Source: the human T2T-CHM13v2.0 reference genome, Homo sapiens
NCBI RefSeq assembly: GCF_009914755.1
Contig: NC_060930.1
Direction: 5' to 3' (one strand)
DNA: 64,000 nt
In this document: positions 27,625 to 58,916 of the stretch, one piece after another
Layout: each line of letters opens with the position of its first letter
How positions within the stretch are numbered: the stretch's first letter is position 1
Notes under the pieces: model-generated
Databases searched by the model: none
What the model saw: the letters and a program-made list of their open reading frames with translations, nothing else
Told to the model about the DNA's origin: nothing
Translations under genes and position numbers: made by a program

Positions 27625-30176
27625 TTAGATGTCCTTTATAATTACTACTATTAATCAAGTACAATCCTAGGAAATTGTTTTTGTTATGCTATTTGATTCT
27701 TAAAGGATAGGTATTATTATCCTAATTTTATAAATAAGCCAAATTCTGTAGAGCTTAAGCAACTTCTCCATATCTAATCAGTGGTTAACCTTGTAGTCAA
27801 ACCTACTTTTATCACTCTCAGATTTTCTACTGTGCCTCAACTAAAGTTATTCAGTTCTAAAACATCACTTAAAGGCAGATAAATGTTACCTAAAATTCTG
27901 ATAACCAGAATTTCTTAGGCACTGTGCTAGATAATTGTTTATCGTTGAGCAAAGCTTTACAATTTCTACTTATGCTAATTATCTCTTGCTCTCCACAAAT
28001 TTAGCTCTTGGGTAGGGCTGTGGGAAATGGAAAATGGAAAGACAAGGTGCAGTAAAGAATCTGCCGCATCCTGCATGGATAGCAACCCTGATGAAATTTA
28101 TCTTAACATGAAAGAAAGGGATTTTATTCAATATGAATAGAAACACAGGAAGCAATTGAAGAATAGACAAAAATGAACTGTTTGAAAATGGCAGCTGCAA
28201 ACCTTATCTCTTATATTCCATTGCTACAAAGACTAGTCAGCTTTTCTTAGCCAAATGTGAATTAGAGGAAATATAATTTAGTGTTTAGAAAATATGCCTA
28301 ATTTACCACCAAAGCCATACAATTTGTCTTGAAGTAAGGAATTCTACATCAGCTTTTTAAAATGATGGTGATTAAGTAGACTACAATATACTTCAAGTGT
28401 TCTTTTCCTTTCATTATTTGTGGCACCCTGATGAAAAGTAATTATGCTTTGGCGAATTTTCCTCTTAGATGTAATTTGGACCACTTATCTGAGATTCTCA
28501 GAAGGGAGCTGACTTGACAACTAAAAGAGAACACCTGTTTCTATCAATGTAAAGGAAGCTGGTCCTGAGAGTCTTTTCCTCTACTTAGCAACGCACAGTG
28601 TTTCTGCAACCAGAATTATTGAGTGAGGTACTAACGAAATGCCTTCTGTATCCAGCATTTTCATTCAAAGAAATCAGGAATTAAACGGTGTACTTTTTAG
28701 ATTTACACGAGGAAAGAAAGAAGAATGCTCATGAATATAAAATAACTGAAAGAGAAAAAGGAGTGGAAAGTGTAGCAGTGATTAACAGTACTAAGATATA
28801 CAGATATCCAGCCCTAGAGACCAACACACCCTCAATAAGGATGCCCCTCAGCTACTCAGGTGGTTAGGAAAAATATTTCATAGTTTGGGATTCTGTTATT
28901 TTATTAAACGGGTCAAAGGGAGGTCTGCAGAAGATGTTGTATGTTTTATTTCCAAGAATGTCTGTGTGTGAAAATTCTATCCGCCCTCTTCTCATTGGTA
29001 TTTAAGGTAGGCAACTGGCATGATATTTGTTGTTCATAAAAGAAGGATGGCTCCATCACATTACTGAAACACTAAATAATTCAATTTTCTGACTAGGAGC
29101 TGTGGAGCTTCAAACTTACTTATAAGATATTTTATTTTTTCCTTTTATGACCTATAAAAAAGCCTGTACAGCTATTACCTAGTTTTTCCATCGTGTTTTA
29201 ACAAATATCGAAAAGCACTTTCACAAATACAAGCATTTGGTTTCACTGCATTCTTAAGTTAAACATTAACAAGTAAAATAAAGATAGTGCCAAAGACCTA
29301 ACACATTAAATTTAGGTGGATCTACTGAAAATCAATTAATGGACTTCAAAAAATTTTTGCTTTTCTTTGCCTCTGTTTTGCCACCTCTTTTTGTTTGTTG
29401 TTAATGGGATTCTAATTTTCTGATGGAAACTGTTGAAAGGAAATGCTGCAACAAGTAATTTGGGTTATCCTTGTGACACATTAGAATTTTTGTATCCTGT
29501 CAATTTTCTGAAGGTGTTTACAAGACAGAACATATGAACTTTTAAAGACTTTGTACTAAAATGTAATATACATTAAAAATACATGAGTACCACTCAATTA
29601 TTTTAGAAACTAATATATCCATATAGCCAGCACCTAGATCCAGAAGCAGAACTTTTGCCAGCCCCTAGAACACTCCCCTCATATTCTTTGTAATTATCAC
29701 AAGGATAACCACTATTCTGACTTAAAATAGCACAGATGAGTTTGGCCTATTTTCATGGGTACATGAACTTCTATTACCTTACTTAATCTACAAGCAGAAA
29801 CACAGGCGTGGAGACATGAAGCAATTTCTACAGTGTCTTGCAACTCTTGAAGAGTGAAATCTAGGCTTTTCATGTAGTGTGCTTCTACAGAACTGCCTGC
29901 AGCCTCTAAAAGTCCTCCTAATAACCAATGAAGGGAGGAATCTAGATGACCAGCCTACCTCTTTGCATGTTAATTTCTGACTGCTTTAAATATAAGGATT
30001 AAAAGATATTCCCTTTCCAAGTCTTTATCTATATCAGAACTTGATACTGTGCCACTGAACTCTAGGAGCTCACCATCTAGGAAAGAAGATTAAACATGGA
30101 AAGAGAAAGTAAGACAAGAGATGTACAATAATCATCAAGCCTTTGGCTGATTTTTTTCTGCTCAAGCCACATCACT

Positions 30177-30572
30177 TGATATGGTTAGGCTTTGTGTCCC
30201 CACTCAAATCTCATCTTGAATTATAATCCCCACCTGTTGAAGGAGGGACCTGTAATCCCCACGTATTGATGGAGGAAGGTGATTGGATAATGGGGGCGGG
30301 TTTCCCCCATGCTGTTCTTGTGATAGGGGGTGATTTCTCACAATATCTGATGGTTTTATAAGGCAGTTTTCCCTGCTCTTGCTCACTCTCTCTCACCTGC
30401 TGCCATGTAAGACATGCCTGCTTTGCCTTCCACCATGATTGTAGGTTTCCTTCCACCATGATTGTAGGTTTCCTCAGCCAGGTGGAACTGTGAGTCAATT
30501 AAACCTTTTTTCTTTATAAATTAGCCAGTCTCAGGGAAGTTCTTTATAGCAGTGTGAGAATGGACTAATACA
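30177..30572 (+). mobile_element. MaLR solo LTR, THE1D/MSTA-type
   Basis: TGATATGGTT...GGACTAATACA termini; 5-bp TSD tcact/gcact. Confidence 0.88.
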
Positions 30573-30592
30573 GCACTCAACTGTTATTTTTT

Positions 30593-30995
30593 TATCTATC
30601 AGTGTTCTCTAGAGAAAGAGAACAAATAGGACATGTGCATATGTATATTAGGAAAAGAAATTTATTTTCAGGAATTGACTCCCATGATTACAGAGTCTGA
30701 CAAGTCCAAAACCTGCAGGGTAGGCTGGCAGCTGGAGATCCAGGGAAGAGCTGCAGTTCAAGTCCAAAGGCAGTCTGCTGGCAGAATTCCCTCTTCTGGG
30801 GAAGTCAGTCTTTTCTTAAGAACTTCAACCGATTGAGTGAAGCCCACTCACATTATGGAGTGTACTCTGATTGAATCAAAGTCTACTTATTTATATATTA
30901 TTCTCATCTAAAAAACACCTTCACTAGAATAATGTTTGACTGGCTATCTGGGTATCATGGCTTAGCCCAGTTGACACATAAAATTAACTCTCACA
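30593..30995 (-). mobile_element. ERVL solo LTR, MLT2-type
   Basis: Ends gttgacacataaaattaactctcaca, the reverse complement of the MLT2 start TGTGA..GTTAATTTTATGTGTCAAC. Confidence 0.75.
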
Positions 30996-31253
30996 GATGC
31001 ATATTACATGCGGCCTCCTAGGTGCTCTTCTGATCTTGTCTAGATTTATTTAATTTATATATTGCTGCTGAAATAGCCAGGCCTTAATGCCTTATCATTT
31101 TAAGTAAACAGTAAGCTCCAGTAGGGCAGTGAGCTTTTCTTGAACTTCTTTTATCTTCCACTGTCCTGATCTCAGAACTCACTGTATATCTATTGATCAA
31201 GTGATATATATTATTAAGTGTAAATTTTAACATTTTCTACATAGACTATGCAA

Positions 31254-31456
31254 TTTTTTTTTTTTTGAGACAGAGTTTCACTCTTGTTGCCCAGACTAGA
31301 GCACAATCTTGGCTCACCGCAACCTCTGCCTTCGGGTTCAAGCAATTCTCCTGCCTCAGCCTCCCAAGTAGCTGGGACTACAGGCATGTGCCACCATGCC
31401 TGGCTAATTTTGTATTTTTAGTAGAGACAGGGTTTCTCCATGTTGGTCAGGCTGGT
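31254..31456 (-). mobile_element. 5'-truncated AluS
   Basis: polyT, right arm and part of left arm; ends at gtcaggctggt. Confidence 0.9.
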
Positions 31457-33199
31457 GTAATCATAATACTGTATTAAAGCACAGACAAGCAGAAAATCAT
31501 TTCAGGACTAGGCAGCAGAAATAAAAACATACTAATTTCACTTTCTGTGTTATGGAAAATTTTCTCAATTGTAGGAAATACAAAAAAGTTTTGATCTGCC
31601 ATACTCAAAGTCCAACCGAAATTCCCAGTTGCCTACAGAACTTTACAAAGTCTGTCAAGTTCATTATACCTGATCTAGATTCTAACTCCTTTATTTCCGC
31701 AGAAACGGTAGGTATAAGTAATCTGTTCATTGATATCACTTCCTCATTATGTAAAAGGAAGTTTAAGAAGAAAATAAAATGGAGAGTTTAGCTTATGGCT
31801 TGATAACTGTCTACTGAGTTGCTAATATTAACACAAAATCTATTTCCGTTTAGTTTGAGTCCTGTATTTCAATAAAATTGTTTTTCAAGGCTCCTGAAGT
31901 TTTAGTTAATATTTCTGTGTTTCTAGATTCTCTTACTTCACTTGTATAAAGTTGAACTTGTACAAATTTGGACTTTTTTTTTACCGATGATAGTATTTGT
32001 TCATAAGTCTATTTCCTGCCCTAGACTGTCAGCTTCTTGAGTGTACATTATTTACGATTGTGAGTGGCTTTTTCACACCCCAAAAATGCACGCATCGTTT
32101 TGTTTGATTTGGTTTTGTTGAATTTGTGTGTGTGACCATGTGGAAGCACAAGAAAACACATATCATGCTTTGTTGACACTGTAACAAATCTAGACTTTTC
32201 TAAGTTCCAGGATCCTGGTATTTCAAACAGTGTGATTTTGCTGTGAAAAAAAAAAAAAAACAGGATTGGCTTTTCCAGTGGTTTCTGACCACTATATGCT
32301 ATAATATCTATTTAAGTGCCCAAATGTCTATTGTGGTACATGTTGGATTCTGTCCAAATGACCTAGAGAAGTGCAGGGTAGCTATTAAGTATGTAAAAGT
32401 TACTTGCGTGTACCTTCTATGACCAAGAAAAAAATCCAAAGAACTGTTTAGTAATTTTGGAGGATCTACTCTGTACCCAGGCACTGAAATAGGTTGCAAG
32501 GATACAAAGGTAAATAAGATATAATTCTTAATGTCAAAAAGTTCACAAAAAAGTGAACTTTAAAATAATATTAAAATAATATTTGAAAGGCAGAAGCTGT
32601 AATATGTTTTTATATTTACAAAACAAAATTACTTTTAAAAATAATAATTTAATATGAAAAGGGCCAAAATTCATGAGAAATATGGTACCTGAAGAGGATG
32701 TTGCTTGTCAGGTTTTAGACATTCCTAAAGCTTTAAATAAGAGTTTCTTCAGGGATTGCCATAGATAAAAATATTTTGTGTGTTTTTTTCTATTGAAATG
32801 GTCCCAAAAAAGCTAAAGGATATACTAGGCGGAAAAAAAAGGGAACATAACAGAGCACTGGCATTTACTAATTCGAACACTGTTTTTAAGGTAAGTTATA
32901 AATACATGAATGTGTGACCCTGGAATCAGCTATATCATAAGGCAAGAAATAAGCTTAGTTCTTAGTGTTTGGAAAGTATTTTGAGGCTGTATTACTTCTA
33001 TTACTGGATATCTTCAGGGGTTTGATCCAAAAATGCAATCCAAAGATTCATCTAAGACCTATTTTTTCTGCAAGATTTGAAACGGAAATGTTCAGAGCAA
33101 GTCAAAAAATCCACTAATATGCAAGAGTACAGAAGTTATATCTTTAGTTTTCAAAAATCTATAATGATGATAAAAATGAAGCCACAGGAAGAGAAGCCT

Positions 33200-33515
33200 C
33201 AAGGGGGCTGACTAGAGACATACAGCACTCACTTCCTCCACAAAGAAAAACTAAACTAGCAAGTAGCTAATCACATTTTGAATAAAGCATCTAAGAGAGA
33301 ACACTTGAGTTCAACAGAGAAGTCACAGGAAATACTGGAGACATGGAAGGAGAGGGATGCCAGGAAGCCAGCTCAGGCCAGATGGGAGCCCAGAGAGCCT
33401 CCACAGTGTGGAGAAAGGGTAAGTGAGAGACCTCCAGCAGTCCACATCCCCACCACCAACTCCTGCAAACCTCACCACAGGAGAGCACCTAGACCCTAGT
33501 GGGCCCTGAAACTAA
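33200..33515 (+). mobile_element. Old L1 (L1M1/L1M2-like) 5' UTR fragment
   Basis: gctgactagaga...ttcctccacaaaga...aatcacattttgaata...gagttcaacagagaagt resembles old L1 5' ends. Confidence 0.45.
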
Positions 33516-34101
33516 CATATAGTCTTTCTATGGGAAAATTAACATGCATCATTAAGTAACTTTAATATCGAGTAAGCAAAGTGTGGACACTGAGATTTGG
33601 CATATAACAGTGAATGAAACAAACAATATCTCTACCCTCATTACCAGGGAAGGATTCACAGAAGAGGTGGCATTAGAGAGAGGGCTTGATCAATATCAGG
33701 TTTTGGCAACATGATGACATGATGTCAACATCATAGAAAACGGTTGACATGATTATAGTGCTATTGCCAAAGGAGTTGTATGAAGCTGAATGGGATCATT
33801 TTCTCACCCAGCATATCTATTTATGTTCTTATTCTCAGGATACCAACTACAGTACTGGAAGTGCTGGAAAAATTCTTGATTTACAAGACTCTTTTAAATT
33901 CCTTTAATGGTCTGGCAACATGGAATTTGTCCAGTCTTATAAATGAAAATGTACTACTAAAGATAAAATATTCTCTTTGCTTTTATGTTTATTTATTTTT
34001 AAAGAAAAGCTAGAAATTTTTTCAGTGTTCACTAACAAAATCAGGCAGAATTCGTGTTAGAGAATTTCAATAACAGATTTAGAATCAACAATGAAATTTG
34101 A

Positions 34102-34447
<346 letters not shown>

Positions 34448-36721
34448 TTTTCCTATTTTTTATTTGAAAAATTTAATCCTTCTGATTATTTTTCCAGGCA
34501 TGCATTTAAAAATTTTTTTACAAAGGTTCTTCTTCCTATTTAACTGACAGGATTTATTCTCACTATTAGATTCTATTTAATTTTTCTTTCTGACCTTAGT
34601 CTTCTTTCATTTATAATCTTCTCTGTTTCCTTTATTCAGTTTCCTCCTTCTTCTATGCTAGTCACTCTTAATTATTTGTTCTGTAATAATAGATGTGCCT
34701 TTCAATACAAGTGGAATTTTTCTAACAACCTCTTTGGTCAGTGGTGGTCAGAGGCTGCCACAGGGCAGATTTTTATTAGAACTTTAGGAACACACAGCAG
34801 CCTACTGTTAAGATTTTCAAGTTCATTTTAAGGAACAATTTCAAGTTCTAATCAAAAAATTATCATTTCACTTTTAAGACAGTAGAAGATTTACAATCTC
34901 TGTCCCCAGAGTCTGCTGAACTCAGACTTATGGGCACTCAGGTGATGCGTTTCTTTGGACTGCCCTTCAACTTTGTCCTAAAGTGATAGTACCAACCTCC
35001 CGTCAGCTTAGTATATCATAAGACTGTTTGCTTGCTCAAGTGTCTGGAATAAAACTTCATTACCTTCTTTTTTCTCAGTACACTAGCTATGTGTACCTTT
35101 ATGTGCACTCTATATTTACTATTTTAATGTTCCCCCTAAAAAGCTATCTGCATTAGCAAGAAAGCAGCCCAAGACAATATCTTTAAATAAGTTGAAGAAA
35201 TTAGTCAGGCCAACAAGATAAAATACTTTAAGCCAAGTTAGATAGTAAATACTGCCTGCATCTGTCCACGCATGCAGTCATTCTTTAGCCTCTATTTATT
35301 TTGCATTGTATTTATAGATATTTTCCATTCAATGACTGACCTGTTCTACACTCTATAGCATTTGTTAAATTTATGGCCTTCTTATTTTTAATGAGGATCT
35401 GTAGCTTGAATTTACCATTTACAGCACAATAGATGTGACTTTTGCTCCTAAACTCATTATTTCTGTCTCTCATTACTATTACTAGAACTCTGAGACATTT
35501 TCTATCAGAGATTTAGTTGTTTTTGTTAAAAAGCAGAAATCCCAGTGGATGCTTTTCCTATTCTTTTCATTTAAAATACAACCAAAAGATCTTACTTCAG
35601 TCTTATTCTGTAATAGCATAGTTCACTGAATACCAGATGAAAGTTATGTTATTTTCATTAAAATACAAATTAATAAGCAAGACAAAAATATCTACTCTGG
35701 AATGACAAATGCCTTTTAAGGCTATTTCACAAATCAAAATAAGTTAAAAAAAATCTATCTTGCTTTTATAAGTTAAAGTAGTGAAAAGACACAGTAGTTT
35801 TCTAAATTTAAAATTCAAATCTCAAAAATGGTTTTGATTTTTAAATAAATTAATATTAACTCTTAGTCTTGTCAGTGGATTAGCTGCCTTTCTATACTTT
35901 TTTTTCCTATTGTGAAATCTCCATTTTCCTATTGTGTTTGTAAATATTTGTTCCTTAGGCTTAGATACTTTTTCATATACCAATTCCAGAAAGATTTTTC
36001 AGGCTATAAAGTTGGATATGCATGAGAATTAAATGATATAAGAGGCGTTAGTTAACTCATTCAAATAGTTTCAAAGGAGATGTGAAGGAATACCAGCCAC
36101 TTGACTTACAAACTAAAAATGATTAATATAGGTCACTTCCTAGAAGCTATTACTATGTCTTTGGTCAAAAAATTTACCATAAAATTTTCAAGTAAATGTT
36201 AATCCAAATATTACAATCCCCACTAACTTTCTGTGTGATATCTAAAATTATTAACCAACCAATTTTCCCACAAGATAGGGTGGGATGGGGTGGGAGGATT
36301 CACGTAAACTACTGCATGAATCATACACTCTGGAATTGTGCAAAGCAACAGTCCTATACCCAATACTCTATGAAACTTTATTCTTTAATAATGATAAAAA
36401 TATAAAGCACAATTTTGAGGCAGCATTGTACTTTACCCAGAAGGCTTTTTCTGTACTTCAACAGTATAATTATTGAAAAGATTTTATTAGGATAAGAAAA
36501 TCAGAATATGAGGTAAATACAATTTTTGTTCATTTCCTTACTTCATAAAATTTTAAGTACCATCGACTCTCCCTTTATTAAAAAATAATTGTTCCTTAAA
36601 ATTAAATATTAACTAAATTTGTGAAAGCAAATCACATACTAAATATAGCAAGATTTAAACTAGAGATCAATTAAAGAAAATAAGTTGAAAAATCACAGAG
36701 AAGTAAAAAGTCACTTAATTT

Positions 36722-37145
36722 TGTTAAATTAAGTTTGGCCTAAAGCTGCCTCATTACATATTTTAAGTTTGTCCTAAAGGTTTATCCATGCATAGTGAAC
36801 TGTAACCTAACTGGATGTGTAAACAGACTGTAACCTACTCTTGTACCAACCACAGAGTTCCAGCCAATCGCAGGCACCCAGCTGTTCAAACTGTGTTCAG
36901 ATAGGCTAAATGCTAAGCTGTAATCAATCCAGATGTTTCCGTACCTTACTTCCATTTTCTATACTTCATTTTGCTTTTTTTTAAAATCCATAAATATCAT
37001 CCAACCATGTAGCAGAGTCGCTTTGAACCTACCTATTCTGGTTGCAGGCTAGGGCAGGTGGGAGGTGGGGAGCTGATTTGTGAATCATGCTTTGCTCAAT
37101 TAAACTCTATTAAATTTAATTTTTCTGAAAAATTATCTTTTAACA
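36722..37145 (+). mobile_element. ERV1 solo LTR, MER57-like
   Basis: TGTTAAATTAAGTTTGGCCTAAAGCTGCCTC start, CCAAT boxes, ends ...TTTTAACA. Confidence 0.8.
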
Positions 37146-37166
37146 ACGATATTAAGATCTTCATAG

Positions 37167-38627
<1,461 letters not shown>

Positions 38628-39493
38628 AATGGTATGTAATCAGAATGATACTTCTAAACTCAGCTTTTTACGTGTTCTTTTTTCAGTAGGAAATAGTGTT
38701 AAACAATCTCATGAAAAAGATTTTGAAACTAGGCATATGAATGTTCAAATCTATTTTCCAACTTTTACTCTACTTGATTTATCCCTTTTATTCCTTCTTA
38801 ATTCACAGTATCGGATTTGATTATCCTAAGTTAAAGAATGGCTCTTGAAACCCCCTCAACTGTAAATAACCATTACTCCGGCTGAGCATCTTTGATCAAT
38901 ACGTGTGATCACTGATCTCTATCATAATGGTTCTTTCACATTCACTGCATCTCTGGGCTTTGCTTTCTTTGGAAAGATCTGAAGTAAAAAAAACTCATCA
39001 TTATGGCTATAAGCAATAAGACACACAAAAAGCCCTATTTCCAAACGTCTGGTAACATCAGAAACAACAGATTATTCAGAGTAAAATTTCAAGGGACAGA
39101 GCATGCTTGGAAAGGAAATGGGTTTTTGAAAAAACCATTTCCCCACCTACTGTCACAGAATAGCTGAATGAAAACTGGTCAAGTCCAGATGAGAAGTCTG
39201 TGTTCCTCCCTTCTTCCCACTTCCTTCTCTTCTCTCTCTTTCTAATTTGTGTAAGAAATGACTAGGAACAAACTGTAAACATACAAGTAGCTATATAAAT
39301 GTAAATATACTACACTTGGCACCAAAAAAAATCATTCCTGATCATTTGTATAAACCTATTATTTTTATAACAAATGATCATTTTTCTAATTAATTTATCA
39401 TTTTTGATATGCTGAATTTTCTTTCCTGATTGATCATTAATTTTAGCTTTAGGTTTCTCATTCTGCCTAAAACTAGACCAAGAAAAATTAGCC

Positions 39494-39983
39494 TGAAAAT
39501 TGTTCAAAAAAATCATTTAATGATACTTGTTAAAGCAAGGTAAGGTAAACTTAGGATTGATTATGACTGATCATGATAGGTACAGAGGCTAAAACAATGG
39601 GATTTTGTGGTGGAGGAGAGAGACTGGGTCACCTCCGAATACAGCATGAGCAAGTAGGAATTTACAGTCAAGGAGCAAGGTGGGGATCAGTGGATAGAAA
39701 ATTACTAAGAGGATATATCAGGGGTAAATGGGATTCTGGCTAAACCTATCCACAGGATTCTCACTAAAGTCATGTCAGGGGGATCAGATATCAGTTGAGG
39801 ATAATGGAAAATGAGGAACCCGATCAGATATCAAGGATGGGGTTCTTGCTAAATTGACTTAGCTGGGTTCTTTGCTAAAAATGGATTTTACAAGGAAAGT
39901 GCTTATATAGGCCCTTTTACAGGTGGTCTAGGAGGAGGTTCAGGGACCTGACTAAAGTTTGGCCAAGCAAAAAATTGCTGTCA
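39494..39983 (-). mobile_element. ERV1 solo LTR, MER31/MER67-type
   Basis: Minus strand starts TGACA...CTTGGCCAAACTTTAGTCAGG and carries repeated GATATCTGATC motifs. Confidence 0.65.
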
Positions 39984-40307
39984 AAATACAATCTTAAGAC
40001 CTTGGAGAGGTCAACATTTAAATAAATTTCGTTGGTGACTTCCTATTTAATGCAACTATGGGTCTGAGCTTCGAGATTTTACACATTTAAGTTTCCATAA
40101 AACTTAGCATGAGGAGTCATACCTAATATAATTAGGTTGGAATAGCAGTAAAAAAAATGTGACATACTCTGCACTGTAAAATCCTCTCATAAAATGCCTT
40201 TCTCTAACATCAAGTGCCTATTCCTAATGGGGTATGCAGTAAACATGTCCAACTGGGGGGTATAGCAATGGAAATGATAGCAAATACATTAAGATTAATA
40301 ATAATTG

Positions 40308-45231
<4,924 letters not shown>

Positions 45232-48200
45232 AAGGTTAATAATAATTGCCTCAGTAAAGCTAAACAGGCCAAAGAAGTCTTATAGAAGAAAGGGGTGTTG
45301 GGACAGGATCTGCAATCTAAGAAAAAAAGGATAATGAGACAAGCAATTAACATAATGGTCAAGATAATAAGATGGAGAAGGACAATGAGGTGAGTTAAAC
45401 TACAAGGCAAATGACTGAATAAATAGATCTTTTTAAAAAATGGCATGAAGGTCCTTGGAGAGAAAAAAAGGTTTCAGGTCCTTTTTATAATTAATTCAAC
45501 TTATCTAGACTTATATGGAATATATAAGCTTTAAAATTTGATTAATGAAAATAGGCACGATTTTTTTGGCATTCATTTGTATCCTTTTTTATGTTTTGGT
45601 CAGAAATTGATGATAGACTACTCTGGGGCAAGAAAGTAGAGACCCTGTCTTGTGAAGATACAATAATTAAGAGGTGGATGGAGGAGAATCTGGGAATGGC
45701 AGTTCTGCTACTTATTGGCTGCTATGATCTCAGAGCAGTACCTCCATGGCTTTCGTTCCCACTTTGTTCATCTATAGCATGAGGGGACACTGTGTGAGAT
45801 GACTTTTCCCTCATAGTCAGAAGTAGCTAAGGGTTATAAAGCATTATATGGTTTTACTTGCCCAGTATATTATTTGTAAAACATCTAAAATCTACTTCCT
45901 ATTTTCATCAGTGTGGATCCCAGAGTCCTGCTACAGGACCATCAAACACACCATATGGTCTTTGGATAGAAAATAATTCTTTCATTATACAAGGGAGAGC
46001 CTGTACAAGTAGATGTTATCAGTGTATACGTGTGTGTACATGCATGTGTGTATATATGAGTGAGTGTGTGAGTAGGTCTGTGTGTTGATACACTCAGTAT
46101 TTTTTTCAGTGTAATGTTTATACCTGCTAATGAATCAAGCTGATATTTTCATCACTATTGACTCATTTATCAGGAACAATAAGTCTTCATGACATCCAAA
46201 GAGAAAAATTAAAAGGACTTAGAAAAAGGAAGACAGGAAAGGCATTTTACAACTTATCAAAACAAGATAACAAAGAGTTCATGTTTCATAAAAAAGTCTG
46301 TGAACAGAAAAGTTATAATAGGGCCTTTATGATATAGAAATAGGTAACAGCAGAATTAATTCTAATACATAGTAAGTAATATATGCATTTTGACTACTGG
46401 TTTTTAACTGAACCTTCTTCCAAGGGTTTGATAATCCTTCCCATCTGTTCCACAAAAGAGTGGACTATGATCTAAGAAACAAGTCATTTGAAGCCAATTT
46501 AAATAATCATAATCAATGAATGGCAAAGTGACCATAATACACCTTCTGAAAACAAGATATAAATATTCCCTGATGTGTTCACTGACCCTAATATAATCAG
46601 CTGGGCTTCCTGAAGCAGACCTTCCATAATGGTTCACATAATAGATTTAATTCTAGCACTGAAAAACATCATATAAAATTTCCAGTCTGCCAAGCTTCCA
46701 CTTCAGCATGTTACTTAGATTTCTTTCTGATCTGGCTAGCGTCACATAGAAAACCCTGGAAAAAGGCTAGCCAAGCTTGTCAAAAATATTCTGTCTTCTG
46801 TATTTGTTATAAGAAAGAATAACTCTTCTTTGGTTGTCATGGCCACTGTCATATTGGAATTGGGAGAGTTTTATTTTAAAATTCATGAGTCAGTACATTT
46901 ATATTCCATTAGTCACCCAGTCCATGTATCTCATTCAAACCTAAATCTTCTTTCTCTTCTCATTATCGTCTGATGACCTTGCTTCCTATTTCACTGAGAA
47001 AAGAGCCATCAAAAACCAAACTTCCACATGCTCTCACTGCTGATTCAACCTACTGGATCCATGTCCAAGTTCTCTGCCTTCCTCCTAGGACCAGAGATGA
47101 ATCGTTTATTCTCCTGGTTCGGTTCACTCTTGCTTACACACAGATTTTGCTCCTGCAGTTCTCTCCTTTCTCTTCTTAATCATTAATTTTTCTCTACTCT
47201 CTGGGATAATGTTTATTAACATGAAAATATTCTGCTATGGCTCCCACCTTATAAATTTCCTTCACCTTTCTAACCTTCCCTCATTGCTCTGATCTCTTTT
47301 GTAGTAAAATTCTATATTTTACAGTAAAACCACCATATCTTACCCACATCATTCATGACTTATAATAAATCCAGTTTGCTTAATTTATATGATAAAATCA
47401 TTATCTTTCTTACCACCATTCCTATGATACAACCTGAGATCTAGCAGTCAAGCTCTCTCCTTTCCAGTCTTCCTTTCATTCACCACTGGTCAAGACATTT
47501 CCATCACCATTTAAACAACAATGCTGCTGATAATACACGAGGGAGCACAAAAATACAGCTGCTTCCTTTACAATTGTACTGATTCCAGAACAGCATGGTC
47601 TGCCAAAACTGATTTATTTCTTCATACACTTTAGCTGATAGGTTCTAAATGACTCTTAAGAAACAAGAATTAAGGGACTATGCTTGCACTAGGCCCTATT
47701 ACCTTTAAGATGCTACTAACACTAATATTCTTTGATATGGTGTTGAAAATAAATCATCCTAATATAATGATATATATGAGATAAAATATGTATTTTGCTT
47801 AATATATTTAAATATATTTCTCTTATATAAAAATATATTTCGAAAACATAAGAAAAAGAGGATATCTAGCAATTAATTTGACCGTATGAACAGCATTATT
47901 CAGATAGAAAAAAGGTACTCTTAGAGAACTCTCACACGCCCAGTTAATACTCAATAAAAATCATTCCCCAGTCAGAAGAATTCAACAAAAAGGAGAAGCA
48001 TGTTGTTTTCCTTTCCTACTGATATGAACAATTGTAATCTTGGTCTTAAGATTTAAAAGAATCTCAAATCATTGAATCAGATGGAAATGCTAATTGAAAT
48101 TAGTGTCTATCTTTGCCCAGTAATGTCTTGACTGTGAACTATAGAAGCAGGACTATGTAATTAGGTCCCATTGCCCACCAAATTCTGTGGCTATTCTCTG

Positions 48201-49329
48201 TTTACTCCAAAAAAGATTCTTGTCGAAGTTTGATTTATAAATGCGAGCAAAGTAAAAAAAAAAAAATCTTATCATTATACAAGAAGTGTATACATACTTA
48301 TTAAAAATCATTTATATACTGGCCATAAAATATGTGTATTTCCAAATATAGCTGCTGTAGAGCTGGACTCTTGAGTTGAATGTACGTCTTGAGCTACAAA
48401 AATGAGGGAAAGCACCATCTTGAGGCACAACTGGAATTCAGGCCTTTGGTCCCTGGATCTGAAAGCAGAGAAGCTGATATGAACTATAGTCATTGTGAGT
48501 CAATATTACATGTTGGCAAAATGTGATATAAGCCTTAGCTTTTGAAATTAACATTGACATTAATCAGGTGTTAACCTTGATTATTTCCAGAACTATACTT
48601 TTAATAGTCATCTAGTTCAACCAGCTCACTTTGCAAATTAGGAAATTAAAATTTCTAGAACTGTTACAGGATTGTTCCAAGGTTACCCATGAGTAAATGA
48701 GAGAGCTGAGGCTAGAACCCTAGCTCCTTAGTCTGTCTCCAAAGTAATTAACTTCATTCATTTAAAAGAATGCCAGATAAAATAGTATTTTTAAATGTGC
48801 AAAATTATTGTTCTATAGTGTGTAAAATAATTTTGAGTTTCAAAATTTACTGTATAGAATTTCTTTCTGAGCCAAAGAAGGTAAAAGTATAAACATGCTT
48901 TTACAATACATTTTCTAAACTGTAACATTTTTGAAAGAGTGTGAAGTGTGATGTTCATAAAATCTAATTTATGCCTCTTGAAGTGTATTTAATTGGCAAT
49001 AAGCCTTTTCAAGGAACAGAAATTACAGTCCTTAACCACTAACATCTCATTAAGTTAGTTATATGTGTCCTTTAATGCAAATATCCATTCTTTTGCATGA
49101 AAAATAATTCTATTGAAGAGGGTGGTGTAGTTTGGTCCTAACTGTAGCCTGAATATAAAAATGCACATTGATTTTTAAAATCTCATTCTAGCATGAAAGA
49201 ATCTTACCTGGGCCAAAGAAACATAGTACAAGCTAAATGTGGATTTAATATTTATTGAGCTATTTACCAAGTTTTATATTTTATTTCAGTTTATTTTATT
49301 GCACACAAATTGATTCCACACATCTAGAA

Positions 49330-57350
<8,021 letters not shown>

Positions 57351-57398
57351 ACATAAACCTCTCTAGATAAATCATAACATGGAATGGGTGCTAATTTC

Positions 57399-58831
<1,433 letters not shown>

Positions 58832-58916
58832 CTATGGAGACAGGTGCTTGTCAGCTTATATATGCATCTGAATATTGAGAAGTACCAGAATGTTCTCTTT
58901 TACATGACATGTTCTC

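Noticed and set aside
32538-32561. 9-bp inverted repeat aaagttcac-A6-gtgaacttt
   Set aside because: Short AT-rich stem compatible with chance; no RNA-gene context.
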